Notes: a model not told the origin generated them from the sequence alone. A DNA stretch of 64,000 nucleotides from Deltaproteobacteria bacterium (GCA_032128115.1 JAQBHB010000040.1:32001-96000), one strand, 5' to 3'; shown: positions 9,994-20,614, counted from the first letter of the stretch. Numbers and translations are program-made.

Positions 9994-10644
9994 ATGGCAC
10001 GAATGGCGCGAGCGGCGGCGGCAGCGTCAGCGGCAGCGGAAGTGGGTGGGGAGAGCCGGGAACGGATCCTGGTGGCGGCCCTGGAGAGCTTCTCCCAGAA
10101 CGGCTTCGACGGCGCCACGGTTCGCGAGATCGCCGCGCGGGCCGACGTGACCCTGGGCCTCCTCCAGTACTACTTCGGCGACAAGCTGGGCCTCTGGCGA
10201 GCCTCGGTGGATCGAGCCTTCGGCGAGCTGGAAGGCGGGCTCCGCGCGGTGCTCGAGGATGGGTCCGCGGCCGACGACGGGGAGCGCATGCGGCTGCTGA
10301 TCCGCGGCCAGGTGGCGTTCGTGGCCCGCCACCCCGAGTTCGTTCGTTTGATGCATGATGAGGGCAAGCGGCGGGGGCCTCGAATGCGCTGGTTGGTGGA
10401 CCGACACGTGAAGCCGCTGCATCGCGCGCTGCTGGGTCTGATCCGGAGTGCCCAGGAGGGAGGCTTCCTGCCCGCTGGCCTGTCGACCCTGCACCTGGCC
10501 TACATCCTGGTGGGCTCGATCGATGTCATCTTCCATCAGGCTGAGGAGTGCAAGCGGCTCACGGGTATCGACCCCACGGACGAGGCCGAGGTCGAAGCCC
10601 ACGCACGCGCCGTCGAGCACCTGTTCCTGGGCCCACCGCAATGA
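9994..10644 (+). CDS. TetR/AcrR family transcriptional regulator
   Basis: RERILVAALESFSQNGFDGATVREIAARADVTLGLLQYYFGDK helix-turn-helix. Confidence 0.92.
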   Translation: MARMARAAAAASAAAEVGGESRERILVAALESFSQNGFDGATVREIAARADVTLGLLQYYFGDKLGLWRASVDRAFGELEGGLRAVLEDGSAADDGERMRLLIRGQVAFVARHPEFVRLMHDEGKRRGPRMRWLVDRHVKPLHRALLGLIRSAQEGGFLPAGLSTLHLAYILVGSIDVIFHQAEECKRLTGIDPTDEAEVEAHARAVEHLFLGPPQ

Positions 10645-10657
10645 GGAGAACCCCCGA

Positions 10658-11533
10658 ATGAAGCTTGCGACCTTCACCCACCGGGGCGACACACGCATCG
10701 GCGTCGTAGAAGGCGACGAGATCGTCGATCTCGCCGCTGCCGCGCCCGAGCTGCCTCGTCACATGCTGGACTTTCTCGAGGCCGGACCGGAAGCGCTGCA
10801 CGCGGCGCGAGCGGCGATGGCCAGCGAGGCGCGCCTGGCGCTGGCCGACGTGCGCATCGAGGCGCCCATCGCGCGCCCGCCGAAGTTTCTGGGGGTGGGC
10901 CTCAACTACGCCGATCACGTGGCCGAGGCGGGGTTGGAGCAGCCCAAGCACCCCACGATCTTCAACAAGCAGTCGACCTGCGTGACGGGGCCGACCGATC
11001 CGATTCACGTACCGGCGGTCTCTCATGTGCTGGACTACGAGGGCGAGCTCGGCTTCGTGATCGGGCGCCGTTGCCGTCACGTGTCGCGCGACGACGCCCG
11101 CGACGTGATCGCGGGCTACCTCGTCGTGAACGACGTGAGTGTTCGCGACTGGCAGCTGCGGGTTCCCACCTGGACCATGGGGAAATCCTTCGACACCCAC
11201 GGGCCCATGGGGCCCTGGATCGTGACCCCCGACGAGCTGCCCGACCCCCACCAGCTGCGCCTGCGCACCTGGGTGAACGGGGACCTGCGCCAGGATTCGA
11301 GTACCAAGGAGCTGATCTTCGACTGCTTCACCCTGGTGGAGCACCTGTCGACCGCCTTCACCCTGGAGCCCGGTGACGTCGTCGCCACGGGGACACCGTC
11401 GGGGGTGGGAATCGGGATGAAGCCGCCCCAGCTGCTCAAGAGCGGCGACGTGGTGCGAATCGAGATCGAGGGCATCGGCCAGATCGAGAACCCGGTGCTC
11501 GACGAACCCAGCGCGGGCGGGAAGGGCGAGTGA
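10658..11533 (+). CDS. Fumarylacetoacetate hydrolase family protein
   Basis: GLNYADH, DYEGEL, NDVSVRD, GKSFDT, ATGTPSGVG. Confidence 0.93.
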   Translation: MKLATFTHRGDTRIGVVEGDEIVDLAAAAPELPRHMLDFLEAGPEALHAARAAMASEARLALADVRIEAPIARPPKFLGVGLNYADHVAEAGLEQPKHPTIFNKQSTCVTGPTDPIHVPAVSHVLDYEGELGFVIGRRCRHVSRDDARDVIAGYLVVNDVSVRDWQLRVPTWTMGKSFDTHGPMGPWIVTPDELPDPHQLRLRTWVNGDLRQDSSTKELIFDCFTLVEHLSTAFTLEPGDVVATGTPSGVGIGMKPPQLLKSGDVVRIEIEGIGQIENPVLDEPSAGGKGE

Positions 11534-11919
11534 TGAATCGCCGCGAGATTGTCTACTGGGCCATCACGGGCCTGTTCTGCCTGGCGTTCGTTCTCGGCGG
11601 CCTGAGCCACCTGATGCGGGCGGACTTCATCGCCGAGGCCATGGCCCACCTGGGCTACCCGGCCTACGTGATGTCGATCCTGGGCGTGGCCAAGTTGCTT
11701 GGCGTGGTAGCGCTTCTGGTTCCGGGCGTGCCGTTGTTGAAGGAGTGGGCCTACGCGGGCTTTGCGTTCGACCTGCTGGGCGCCACCGCGTCGCATGTCT
11801 TCGCGGGCGACCCCGTGTCCGAGATGCTCGGGCCGGTGATCCTGCTTGGCGTGGGCGCCGGCTCCTACCTGCTTCGACCCGATTCACGTCGGATCGCCGA
11901 GGCCCTCCGGGCCCGCTGA
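11530..11919 (+). CDS. DoxX-like membrane protein
   Basis: HLGYP, LGVAKLLG, LKEWAYAGF. Confidence 0.85.
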   Translation: MMNRREIVYWAITGLFCLAFVLGGLSHLMRADFIAEAMAHLGYPAYVMSILGVAKLLGVVALLVPGVPLLKEWAYAGFAFDLLGATASHVFAGDPVSEMLGPVILLGVGAGSYLLRPDSRRIAEALRAR

Positions 11920-11932
11920 GGGAGGCAAGATC

Positions 11933-12844
11933 ATGATCAAGGTCGTCGACGTGGCGTTCGTGCGCTTTGGTGCACCGGATCTGGAAGTCATGGAGCGCTT
12001 CCTCACCGACTTCGGTCTGGTGGTGAGCTCTCGCGAGGCAGGGGTGCTCTACGCACGCGGCACCGACCCGGCGCCGTATCTGCACGTGACCGAGCCCGGC
12101 GAGGCGGGCTTTCGCGGCGCAGCCTTCGAGGCCGCCTCTGCCGAGGATCTGGTGGCGGCCTCGAAGCTGGCAGGCGCTTCGGGCGTCGAGAAGCTCGATG
12201 CGCCCGGGGGTGGGGAGCGCGTGCGCTTCACGGACCCGGACGGATTCGCAATCGACGTGGTCCACGGGCGCGAGCCGCTGTCGCCGCTGCCCGTGCGGGG
12301 AGCCGCGCCGCTCAATCGCGGCAGCGACCGGCCGCGTCTGGGGAAGCTCCAGCGGGTGGAAGCCGGACCCGCGTCAGTCAAGCGCCTGGGGCACGTGGTG
12401 CTGCGCGTGAGCAATTTCCGCCAGAGCGAGGCCTGGTACAAGTCGCGCTTTGGCTTCCTGACCTCGGACGAAGTCTATCTCGGCGAGCCCGAGAACCTCA
12501 TCACGGCCTTCATGCGCTGCGACCGGGGGAAGCAGTACGCCGACCACCACAGCCTGCTCTGCGTGGGGCTGGGCGCGGTGGGCTTCGACCACGCGGCCTT
12601 CGAGGTGGAGGACATCGACGCGGTGATGGTCGGTCACGACCACCTGAAGAAAGGCGGCTACGACCACCACGCGGGAATCGGGCGCCACGTGCTGGGCAGC
12701 CAGGTCTTCGACTACTGGCGCGATCCCTGGGGCCACGTGGTCGAGCACTTCACGGACGGCGACCTGCTGAACGATGAACACGTGACCGAGCTCCACGACC
12801 CGGCGACGGCGCTGGGAACCCAGTGGGGAAGCTTCATACCCTGA
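11933..12844 (+). CDS. VOC family protein (extradiol dioxygenase-like)
   Basis: Two VOC domains; RLGHVVL, DHH, DHAAFEV, GIGRHVLGSQVFDYWRDPWG..VEH. Confidence 0.85.
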   Translation: MIKVVDVAFVRFGAPDLEVMERFLTDFGLVVSSREAGVLYARGTDPAPYLHVTEPGEAGFRGAAFEAASAEDLVAASKLAGASGVEKLDAPGGGERVRFTDPDGFAIDVVHGREPLSPLPVRGAAPLNRGSDRPRLGKLQRVEAGPASVKRLGHVVLRVSNFRQSEAWYKSRFGFLTSDEVYLGEPENLITAFMRCDRGKQYADHHSLLCVGLGAVGFDHAAFEVEDIDAVMVGHDHLKKGGYDHHAGIGRHVLGSQVFDYWRDPWGHVVEHFTDGDLLNDEHVTELHDPATALGTQWGSFIP

Positions 12845-12877
12845 CGAGAAGTGACCGAAAGGAAGAGAGACCCGCAG

Positions 12878-13873
12878 ATGACCGAAACCAACCGTCAATG
12901 GCTGCTTCGCCAACGCCCGGTGGGCATGCTGAAGGAGAGCGACTTCGAACTCCGGAGCTCTCCCGTTCCCCAGCCCAGGGAGGGGCAGGTCCTGATCCGA
13001 AACCGCTGGCTCGCCTTCGAGCCGGCCATGCGCGGCTGGATGGACGATCGCCCCAACTACATCCCCCCGGTGGCGATTGGCGACGTGATGCGCGGCATGA
13101 CGGTGGGCGAGGTGGTGGCGTCGAATCTTCCGGGCTATGTGCCGGGCGACCAGGTGACCGCGATGGCCGGCTGGCAGGAGTGGGCCCTCGGAGACGGCGG
13201 CCTCCGAAAGCTACCGGCCGGAAGCGATCCCAAGCTGGCGCTGTCGGTTCTGGGAATCACGGGCGTCACCGCCTACTTCGGGTTGCTGGAGATCGGCAGG
13301 CCCGTGGAAGGGAACGTGGTCGTCGTCTCGGGCGCGGCAGGCGCCACGGGCTCCGCGGTGGGCCAGATCGCCAGGCTGAAGGGCTGCCGCGTGGTAGGCA
13401 TCGCAGGCGGCAGCGAGAAATGCGCGTGGCTCGTCGACAAGGCCGGATTCGACGCGGCCATCGACTACAAGAACGAAGACGTGGGCGCGCGACTCTCGGA
13501 GCTGTGCCCCCAGGGCATCGACGTCTTCTTCGACAACGTGGGCGGTCCGATCCTGGACGAGGTGCTCGCGCGCATCGCGCGCGGTGCCCGGATCGTGATC
13601 TGCGGCTCGATCTCGCGCTACAGCCTGGAGGAAGCCCCCCCCGGGCCCCGCAATTACTTCAATCTCACCGCCCAACGCGGCCGCATGGAAGGCTTCGTGG
13701 TGTTGGACTACCTCCCGCGCTTCGCCGAGGCCTCCGAAGCCCTGATGAAGTGGGTGGCGGACGGAAGCCTGGTCTGGGAGGTGGACGTACAGCAGGGATT
13801 CGAGAACGCGCCGAAGACACTCCAGCGCCTGTACACGGGGGCGAACTTCGGCAAGCAGCTGCTGGAGATCTGA
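12878..13873 (+). CDS. NADP-dependent oxidoreductase (prostaglandin reductase/CurA-like MDR)
   Basis: TAYFGLL, SGAAGATGSAVGQIA, FFDNVGG, GANFGKQ. Confidence 0.92.
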   Translation: MTETNRQWLLRQRPVGMLKESDFELRSSPVPQPREGQVLIRNRWLAFEPAMRGWMDDRPNYIPPVAIGDVMRGMTVGEVVASNLPGYVPGDQVTAMAGWQEWALGDGGLRKLPAGSDPKLALSVLGITGVTAYFGLLEIGRPVEGNVVVVSGAAGATGSAVGQIARLKGCRVVGIAGGSEKCAWLVDKAGFDAAIDYKNEDVGARLSELCPQGIDVFFDNVGGPILDEVLARIARGARIVICGSISRYSLEEAPPGPRNYFNLTAQRGRMEGFVVLDYLPRFAEASEALMKWVADGSLVWEVDVQQGFENAPKTLQRLYTGANFGKQLLEI

Positions 13874-13877
13874 TCCC

Positions 13878-14894
13878 ATGGGGCTCGCATTCGCGCTGCT
13901 GGCGGCGGCTGCTCTCGGGGTCTGGGTCTGGGAGAGTCGCCGGCGCAAAAGGCATCCGATTTCCGCGGGGTTGCACCCGGAGATCGAGATTCCTCACGAA
14001 GCCGAGTTCGAGCTGTATCACAACGCTCTCTCGCTCTGCTCCATGAAGACGCGGGTCTGCCTCGCGGAGCTGGGCGTGGCCTACGAGAGCCATCCCATCG
14101 ATCTGATCGAGACCGGCTGTTACGAGAACATCCGGCGCGATTTCCTGGCGGTGAATCCGGGGGGCACGGTGCCGGTGCTCGTGCACAACGGGCATCCCGT
14201 GTACGAGTCGCACGAGCAGATCCGCTACGCCGCCGACCACGCGCCGCCGGGAAGCCCGCGCCTGGTTCCCGAAGATCCTGCCGATCGCGAGGAGATGCAG
14301 CGCTGGGTCGATTGCTCGTCCCTGACCCACGACCCGTTGAACCACGGTGACGAGAGTGCGGGCAATGCCGTGCCCGGGCTCACGGTGCCGATCTTCGCCG
14401 CCATGATCGATCGCATCGCGTACTGGAAGATCCTCGAGGGATTGCTGTTCCATTTCGACAAGCAGCGGCCCGTCCTCTTCCTGCTGTTCAAGGCGGTCGG
14501 GCTGAAGCGCCTCGGGGCGCTTCCACCGCTGGGGAAGGTCGTCGCCAGGAGTCGCCGGCAGATGCGGTTCCACCTGGATGCGCTGGAGAAGCAGCTGCAC
14601 GAGTCGGGCGGTCCCTGGATCCTGGGGGAGACCTTCAGCCTGGCCGACGTGAGCTGGCTCGTGATCTTCGAGCGGCTGGCACAAGTAGACTCGCTCCAGG
14701 TGTTTGCGAGCGAGCAGACCCGACCCGAATGTGCGGCGTACTGGGCGAGGCTGCAGGCGCGGCCCAGCTACCGACAGGCGATCCTCGAAAACTCGCACCC
14801 CACCATCCGCTACGGCACGGTTCGCCTGCGCGAGGCGAAGGCGGCCGATCCGGCCCTACGTCTGCTGCTGGACGGCCCGGAGGACCCGGCATGA
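13878..14894 (+). CDS. Glutathione S-transferase family protein with an N-terminal membrane anchor
   Basis: SLCSMKTR, VNPGGTVPVLVH..YES, WILGETFSLAD; hydrophobic N-terminus followed by RRRKR. Confidence 0.85.
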   Translation: MGLAFALLAAAALGVWVWESRRRKRHPISAGLHPEIEIPHEAEFELYHNALSLCSMKTRVCLAELGVAYESHPIDLIETGCYENIRRDFLAVNPGGTVPVLVHNGHPVYESHEQIRYAADHAPPGSPRLVPEDPADREEMQRWVDCSSLTHDPLNHGDESAGNAVPGLTVPIFAAMIDRIAYWKILEGLLFHFDKQRPVLFLLFKAVGLKRLGALPPLGKVVARSRRQMRFHLDALEKQLHESGGPWILGETFSLADVSWLVIFERLAQVDSLQVFASEQTRPECAAYWARLQARPSYRQAILENSHPTIRYGTVRLREAKAADPALRLLLDGPEDPA

Positions 14895-15742
14895 TCATTC
14901 CCGACGAACAGATCACCACCCAGGAGGTGAAGTCCTGGAAGGGCTTGCACCTGCTGCACTTCCAGAGTTCCAGCTGTTCGCAGAAGGTGCGGGTGCTGTT
15001 GCGGGAGAAGGGCATCCGGTTCGAATCCCACCCGGTGGACCTTCCCCGGCAGAAGCACGTGAGCGCCTGGTACCTGGGCATCAATCCCAGGGGCGTCGTG
15101 CCGGTTCTCGTTCATGACGGCGTCGTGCACGTGGAGAGCAACGACATCCTGCGATATCTGGATTCCGGGTTTCCCTCGGAAGCGCCTTCCTTCTTTCCGC
15201 AGAACGAGCAAGAGCTGGCCTGGGTTCGGGAGAACCTGGATCTCGAGGACAGCCTTCACATGGATCTCCGGAATCTCACCATGGGATTCATGATGCCCCG
15301 CAGGTTCGCAACGAAATCCGAGGCGACCCTGCAGCGTTGGGAGCGGGAGGGCGCCGAGAATCCCAAGCGGAAGATCGAGGTCCGCTGGTGGCGGGATTAC
15401 GCCCGCCAGGGGATCACACCCGAACAGGCCCAGGCTTCCGTCGATGCCCATCGACGGGTCTTCGAGACCCTGGATGCGCGCCTGGCGTCGTCCCCGTGGC
15501 TGATCGGCGGCGGGCTCTCGGTGCTCGAGATCGCCTGGTTCATCACCACCACCCGTCTTCGGGCGGCGGGATACCCGCTGGAGGCCCACCCGAATCTGGC
15601 CCGCTGGCACCGCGACCTGGCCGCGCGTCCCGCCTTTGCCCAGGAGACCCGCAACCCGTTCCTGCTGAGAGGCATCGCGCTGCCGATCTACGGTCTCTAC
15701 CGCAAGCTCGAGCGAACCACGCTCGCCGATCTCACCGATTAG
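14891..15742 (+). CDS. Glutathione S-transferase family protein
   Basis: SSCSQKVR..EKG, INPRGVVPVLVHDG..ESNDILRYLD; ATGA overlap with the upstream gene. Confidence 0.88.
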   Translation: MIIPDEQITTQEVKSWKGLHLLHFQSSSCSQKVRVLLREKGIRFESHPVDLPRQKHVSAWYLGINPRGVVPVLVHDGVVHVESNDILRYLDSGFPSEAPSFFPQNEQELAWVRENLDLEDSLHMDLRNLTMGFMMPRRFATKSEATLQRWEREGAENPKRKIEVRWWRDYARQGITPEQAQASVDAHRRVFETLDARLASSPWLIGGGLSVLEIAWFITTTRLRAAGYPLEAHPNLARWHRDLAARPAFAQETRNPFLLRGIALPIYGLYRKLERTTLADLTD

Positions 15743-16620
15743 CCGCCTGCGGCGGGGGCGAAGATCTCGAGCACGCGTTCGTCGGGACCCCGGGAGCCGT
15801 CGCCCCGCAGGGCCTGCAGGCAGACGTGGTCGGCGCCCGCGTCGTGGTGGGCCTTCAGCCGCTCGGCGATGGCCTTTTCGTCTCCCCAGGCGAAGACCGC
15901 GTCGATCAGCCGGTTGCTGCCGCCGTTGCTGAAATCGTCGTCGCCGAAGCCGAGCCAGCGCCAGTTGTTCCGATAGTTGGGGAGATCCAGGTAGGTGGCC
16001 AGGTGCTTGCGCCCGATCTCGCGGGCCGCCGAAGCGTCGGTCTCCAGGATCACCTTCTGGTCGGGGCACAGCCACGGCCCGGTTCCCAGGATCTCGCGCG
16101 CCCGCGCGGTGTGCTCCGGCGGCACGTTGTACGGGTGGGCGCCCCGACAGCGCTCGGCGGCCAACGCCAGCATCTTCTGGCGCAGGGCGGCGATCACGAT
16201 GGGGGCCTCCGCCTCGGGCTTCGGGCCCAGGTACAGCGCCTTCTCGATCGCGTCCAGTGTTCCCCGCATGGTGGCAACCGGCTTCCCGTACTCGTGACCG
16301 CGGATGCCGGTCACGAGCGGGGCGTGGGAGACCCCGAGGCCCAGGATGAAGCGACCCCCCGTCAGCTCGCCCAGGGTCTGCTGCACCGCTCGGATCGACA
16401 TGGGGTCGCGGGCGTAGATGTTCGCGATCCCGGTGGCGAAGATCAGCTTTTTCGTCTGGCACGCCAGGTACGCGATGGTCGAGAAGGGATCCCGGCCCAC
16501 GGCCTCGGGAATCCACAACACGCCGTAACCCAGTTCTTCCAGTCGGCCGGCGAAATCCGCGGCCTCGGATCCGCTCATGCCATCGAGCCACGTCCAGCAA
16601 CCGAGCCGTCCGATGTCCAT
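15739..16620 (-). CDS. LLM-class, probably F420-dependent oxidoreductase
   Basis: LWIPEAVGRDPF, ATGIANIYARD, LGLGVSH, AGADHVCLQ. Confidence 0.88.
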   Translation of the reverse strand: MDIGRLGCWTWLDGMSGSEAADFAGRLEELGYGVLWIPEAVGRDPFSTIAYLACQTKKLIFATGIANIYARDPMSIRAVQQTLGELTGGRFILGLGVSHAPLVTGIRGHEYGKPVATMRGTLDAIEKALYLGPKPEAEAPIVIAALRQKMLALAAERCRGAHPYNVPPEHTARAREILGTGPWLCPDQKVILETDASAAREIGRKHLATYLDLPNYRNNWRWLGFGDDDFSNGGSNRLIDAVFAWGDEKAIAERLKAHHDAGADHVCLQALRGDGSRGPDERVLEIFAPAAGG

Positions 16621-16641
16621 GGGTCTCGATCTCCTATCGCC

Positions 16642-17427
16642 TCAGGGGTTCTCTCGCCTCCGGACGACGGCGGGAACCAGATCGGGCTTTCCCGTCACAT
16701 ACGGTTTCATCCGATCCAGCCAGGCCATCAATTCCGGGTACGCGAGGATGTCTTCGGCGCCCCGGAATCCGGTCATCCAATACAGGGCGAACTGGGGATA
16801 GGCCGCGAGATCCGGTAGCGACGGCGTGTCGCGCCCTGCCACGAACGGTCCACCCTTGAGGTGCGCCAGGAATTGCCCGTACAACTCGAGCTTGGCCTCT
16901 CGGACCGGAAGTCCGTTGTCCGCCTTTGCCACCAGCTCCCGGACGAAGCGGATCCGCTTGATGATCAGGGGCCAGGCGGCGCGCAGCAGGAAGGGGAGGC
17001 CACCCTCTGCCGTGTTCGCCATGACATGCGACAGCTTCCATCCGTTGAGCACGTAATCGATCCCCGAGCCCGGGTAGGAGCGAAAGCTTCCGGGGGTCAG
17101 GTGGTTCGTGATCCAGTCGTCGACGGCCATCAGGTGCTCGCGCTCTGCGCCGCCGGCCGGCAGCAGGGGAGGGGCCTCGGGAAACAGCTCGTCGAGCCAT
17201 AGGCCGATGGGGGTGGAGTCGGCCCGACTCTCGCCGTTCACGGTCAGAACGGGGATCTGGCGTCCAATGGGGAGATCCTGCTTCACCCGCAATGGATTGA
17301 TGTAGAAGCACTCGAAATCGAGCCGCTTGAACAACAGGAAGCAGTGCACCTTCGCAGCGAAGGGGCTCATGGCGTAGGAGTAGAGCCGGATGGCCGGGCC
17401 GGAGGTGCGGAGGGGTGCGCTGCTCAT
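16642..17427 (-). CDS. GST/glutaredoxin-fold protein (mPGES-2-like)
   Basis: YAMSPFAAKV, QIPVL..DSTPI, PFVAG..PSLPDLAAY. Confidence 0.7.
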   Translation of the reverse strand: MSSAPLRTSGPAIRLYSYAMSPFAAKVHCFLLFKRLDFECFYINPLRVKQDLPIGRQIPVLTVNGESRADSTPIGLWLDELFPEAPPLLPAGGAEREHLMAVDDWITNHLTPGSFRSYPGSGIDYVLNGWKLSHVMANTAEGGLPFLLRAAWPLIIKRIRFVRELVAKADNGLPVREAKLELYGQFLAHLKGGPFVAGRDTPSLPDLAAYPQFALYWMTGFRGAEDILAYPELMAWLDRMKPYVTGKPDLVPAVVRRRENP

Positions 17428-17527
17428 GTCTGCACGATCCTTGTAGCACCTCGGGGCAGCGGGCGGCAGACAAACGCCAGGATGGCGCATAATGCCGAGC
17501 ACATCGGTTCGAGCGCGGGAGGATTCG

Positions 17528-18940
17528 ATGAACAACGCCGAACTCTGTTACGCCGGAATCTCGCAGCTCTCGCAACGTCTGGCGCGAAAGCAGCTCTCGC
17601 CCGTGGAGCTTGCGGGTGCCCTGCTCGACCGTATCGATGAACTCGACCCGCAGCTGCACGCCTACGCGACCCTCACCCGCGATCTGGCCATGGAGCAGGC
17701 GAAGCAGGCCGAGGCGGAGATCGGTCGCGGGGAGTATCGGGGGCCGCTTCACGGCGTTCCGGTGGCGGTGAAGGATCTCTGCTTCACCCGCGGCATTCCC
17801 ACGGCGGCGGGCATGCGGATCCACGCCAACTTCGTCCCCGATCACGACGCCACGGTCGTGACGCGATTGCGCGATGCGGGGGCGGTCCTGCTCGGGAAGC
17901 TGCAACTGACCGAAGGGGCGATGGCCGCCCACCATCCCGACATCACACCTCCCGTGAACCCATGGAGCGCCGCGCACTGGACCGGTGTTTCGTCCAGCGG
18001 CTCGGGCGTGGCTACGGCCGCGGGGCTGTGCACCGCCTCGCTGGGCTCCGACACGGGCGGATCGATCCGGTTCCCCTGCGCCATGAACGGCGTTACCGGG
18101 ATCAAGCCCACCTGGGGCCGGGTGAGCCGTTACGGCGTGTTTCCGCTGGCGCCCACTCTCGACCACGTGGGGCCCATGACGCGAAGCGCCGAGGACGCCG
18201 GGCACGTGCTGCACGCGATCGCCGGCGCGGACGAGAACGACACGACTGCATTGCGAAATCCCGTGCCCGATTACAACGCGGGCGAGGTTTCGGTGCGGGG
18301 CCTGCGGATCGGTGTGGACGCCCGCGAAATCTTCGACGGCGTCGAGGCGCCGGTGGCCGAGGCGGTGCGAGGTGCCATCGACAGCCTCGCCGGTCTCGGC
18401 GCGCGCATCACGGAATTGAAACTTCCGTCGGGTCGCGCCCTGGCCGAGGGCTGGGGCGCCTGGTGCTCGGCCGAGGCCGCGGTGGCGCACGAGGCAACCT
18501 TCCCGGCCCGGGCCGACGAATACGGCGAGTACCTTCGGGGCTTCCTCAGCGTGGGCGCGGCGATCCCCGGGACCGCGCTGGCCCGGCTCGCCCTGGAGGC
18601 GCGGGTCTTCGCCGCCGGGCTCGCCGCGGGTTTCGAGCAGGTCGACCTGGTGCTCGTCCCCGTGCTGGCGACCGTGGGTCTCAGCCTCGAGATGGCGAAC
18701 AGGATCACCACGAGCCCCGCGGATGTGGGCGCAGCGCTTCGCTTCACGGCGCCCTTCGACTTTTCCGGGAGCCCTACCCTCACCATGCCGTGCGGCTTCG
18801 ATGCGGCCGGCGTGCCCATCGCCTTCCAGCTGGTGGCTCCGCACCTGGCCGAGGCGCGCCTGGTGACCGCGGGTCGCGCCTACCAGGACGCCACGGACTG
18901 GCACCGCCGCCGGCCCGCTCTGGGTGCGGATTCGGCGTGA
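17528..18940 (+). CDS. Amidase signature family enzyme
   Basis: GPLHGVPVAVKD, GVSSSGS, GSDTGGSIRFP. Confidence 0.93.
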   Translation: MNNAELCYAGISQLSQRLARKQLSPVELAGALLDRIDELDPQLHAYATLTRDLAMEQAKQAEAEIGRGEYRGPLHGVPVAVKDLCFTRGIPTAAGMRIHANFVPDHDATVVTRLRDAGAVLLGKLQLTEGAMAAHHPDITPPVNPWSAAHWTGVSSSGSGVATAAGLCTASLGSDTGGSIRFPCAMNGVTGIKPTWGRVSRYGVFPLAPTLDHVGPMTRSAEDAGHVLHAIAGADENDTTALRNPVPDYNAGEVSVRGLRIGVDAREIFDGVEAPVAEAVRGAIDSLAGLGARITELKLPSGRALAEGWGAWCSAEAAVAHEATFPARADEYGEYLRGFLSVGAAIPGTALARLALEARVFAAGLAAGFEQVDLVLVPVLATVGLSLEMANRITTSPADVGAALRFTAPFDFSGSPTLTMPCGFDAAGVPIAFQLVAPHLAEARLVTAGRAYQDATDWHRRRPALGADSA

Positions 18941-18974
18941 TGAACGCCTGGGATCCTCGGGAGCGCGTTCGCGA

Positions 18975-20564
18975 GTGATTGCGGCTGCGCCCGATGTCGC
19001 TGCCTCCCTGCTCACGGCCGAGCGCGTCGTCGCGATCAAGGTCGTCGTCGCGATCGCGTGCGGAGCGCTCCTCGCCTGGGGCATCGTGTTGCGCCGGACC
19101 GCACGGCCCGATGCGCATCGCCGCCTGCGCGACGGCCTGTTGCTGACGCTTGGCGTGTTGGGAGCGCTCTGCTGGACGAACCTGCTGAAGTTCCACTTCG
19201 GCTCGTTCCCGGTCGAGTCTCCGCTGGGATACGTCCACGTATACGACACGTTCCACTACTACGCGGGCAGCAAGTACTTTTCCGAGCTCGGCTACACGCG
19301 CCTGTATGACTGCATCGTAGCGGCCGACCTCGAGGTGTTTTCGAGGCGCGAGATCGGACAGCGGTCGTTCCGGAATCTGGAGACGAACCGGCTCGAGCGC
19401 CCGACAGCGGTGTTGCGCGATCCCTCGCTCTGCACACGCCACTTCTCGCCCGAGCGCTGGGAGGACTTCCAGCGCGACCTCGACTGGTTTCGCCCCCGGA
19501 TCCACCTCTGGAATCAGATGACTTTCGACTGGGGGTACAACCCGACTCCCGTGTGGACTCTTGCCGGAACCGCGCTGACGAACACGGCGCCGGCATCGCG
19601 CGGCCAGATCGGCGTTTTGACGCTGCTTGATTTCGCGCTGCTCCTGGCCATGTGGGGGCTCGTGGGGTGGGCGTTCGGCTGGCGCACTACGTGTGTGGCG
19701 CTGGTCTTCTGGGGGACGAGCGTACCCAGCAGCTATCTGTGGGCGGGGGGAAGCCTGCTCCGCCAGGGTTGGCTGGTGACCAGCGTGGCGGGCATCTGTC
19801 TGCTCCGGCGCCATCACACGGTTTCCGCGGGCTTTTTCTTCGGTTATGCGGCGCTTCTCCGGATCTTTCCCGGAATCGTGCTCGCGACCCTGGGTTTCAA
19901 GGCGCTTTGGCAGGCGTGGAGGGCCCCCGGCCGGCGGCTCGCGCCTGCACACGCAAGAGTCGCCCTCGGCGCGCTGCTCTCGGTTGCGATCCTGGTTCCG
20001 CTCTCTGCCGTTGCGACAGGTGGCTTCGAGTCCTGGCAGGGCTTCGTGAAGAACTCGGTGGCCGACTCGAGACCGAGCATGAACCAGATGGGCCTGAAGG
20101 CGATGATTTCGCAGCGGCGCGATGCCCAATGGGAGGCGCTGCAGCCCCTGGGCGTCGCCGCCTACGACGCCTGGACCGCGGCTCGCGAGGGGGGCTTTCG
20201 CGAGCGCCGCTTCGTCTTCGCCGCGCTCGTTCTCGCCTGCCTGATCCCGGTAGCGCTGGCCGTGAGCCGTGAAGAGGACTGGGTCGGCGCGGTGCTGGGA
20301 ACCGGCCTGCTCTCCGTCGTGTTTCTCCTCCAGTGCTACTACTACGCAGCCTTCCTGGTCTTCGGCCTGCTGTGGTCGCGCAACGAAGGCATCGGCGTCG
20401 CCCTGTGCGGACTGGCCGCCTACTGGGGCGTCGTCCAGATGCTCTCGGACACCTGGGACATCGTGTACGTGTGGTACAGCCTGGGGGCGATCGTGTTCGT
20501 GGTGTTCGCCGCGGTGGCACTGCTCCGGTCGGAACCCGGCGTGGCCGAGGCTTCGGCCGGCTAG
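18975..20564 (+). CDS. Polytopic membrane protein, possible GT-C-type transferase
   Basis: Many TM segments, a periplasmic loop with DTFHYYAGSKYF.ELGY..LYDC and D.GYNPTPVW, LRIFP; start uncertain. Confidence 0.55.
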   Translation: MIAAAPDVAASLLTAERVVAIKVVVAIACGALLAWGIVLRRTARPDAHRRLRDGLLLTLGVLGALCWTNLLKFHFGSFPVESPLGYVHVYDTFHYYAGSKYFSELGYTRLYDCIVAADLEVFSRREIGQRSFRNLETNRLERPTAVLRDPSLCTRHFSPERWEDFQRDLDWFRPRIHLWNQMTFDWGYNPTPVWTLAGTALTNTAPASRGQIGVLTLLDFALLLAMWGLVGWAFGWRTTCVALVFWGTSVPSSYLWAGGSLLRQGWLVTSVAGICLLRRHHTVSAGFFFGYAALLRIFPGIVLATLGFKALWQAWRAPGRRLAPAHARVALGALLSVAILVPLSAVATGGFESWQGFVKNSVADSRPSMNQMGLKAMISQRRDAQWEALQPLGVAAYDAWTAAREGGFRERRFVFAALVLACLIPVALAVSREEDWVGAVLGTGLLSVVFLLQCYYYAAFLVFGLLWSRNEGIGVALCGLAAYWGVVQMLSDTWDIVYVWYSLGAIVFVVFAAVALLRSEPGVAEASAG

Positions 20565-20614
20565 ACCCTGGGAAACGTCGTATGTAGACTCGGGGGATCC
20601 AAGGAGAACTCCCC

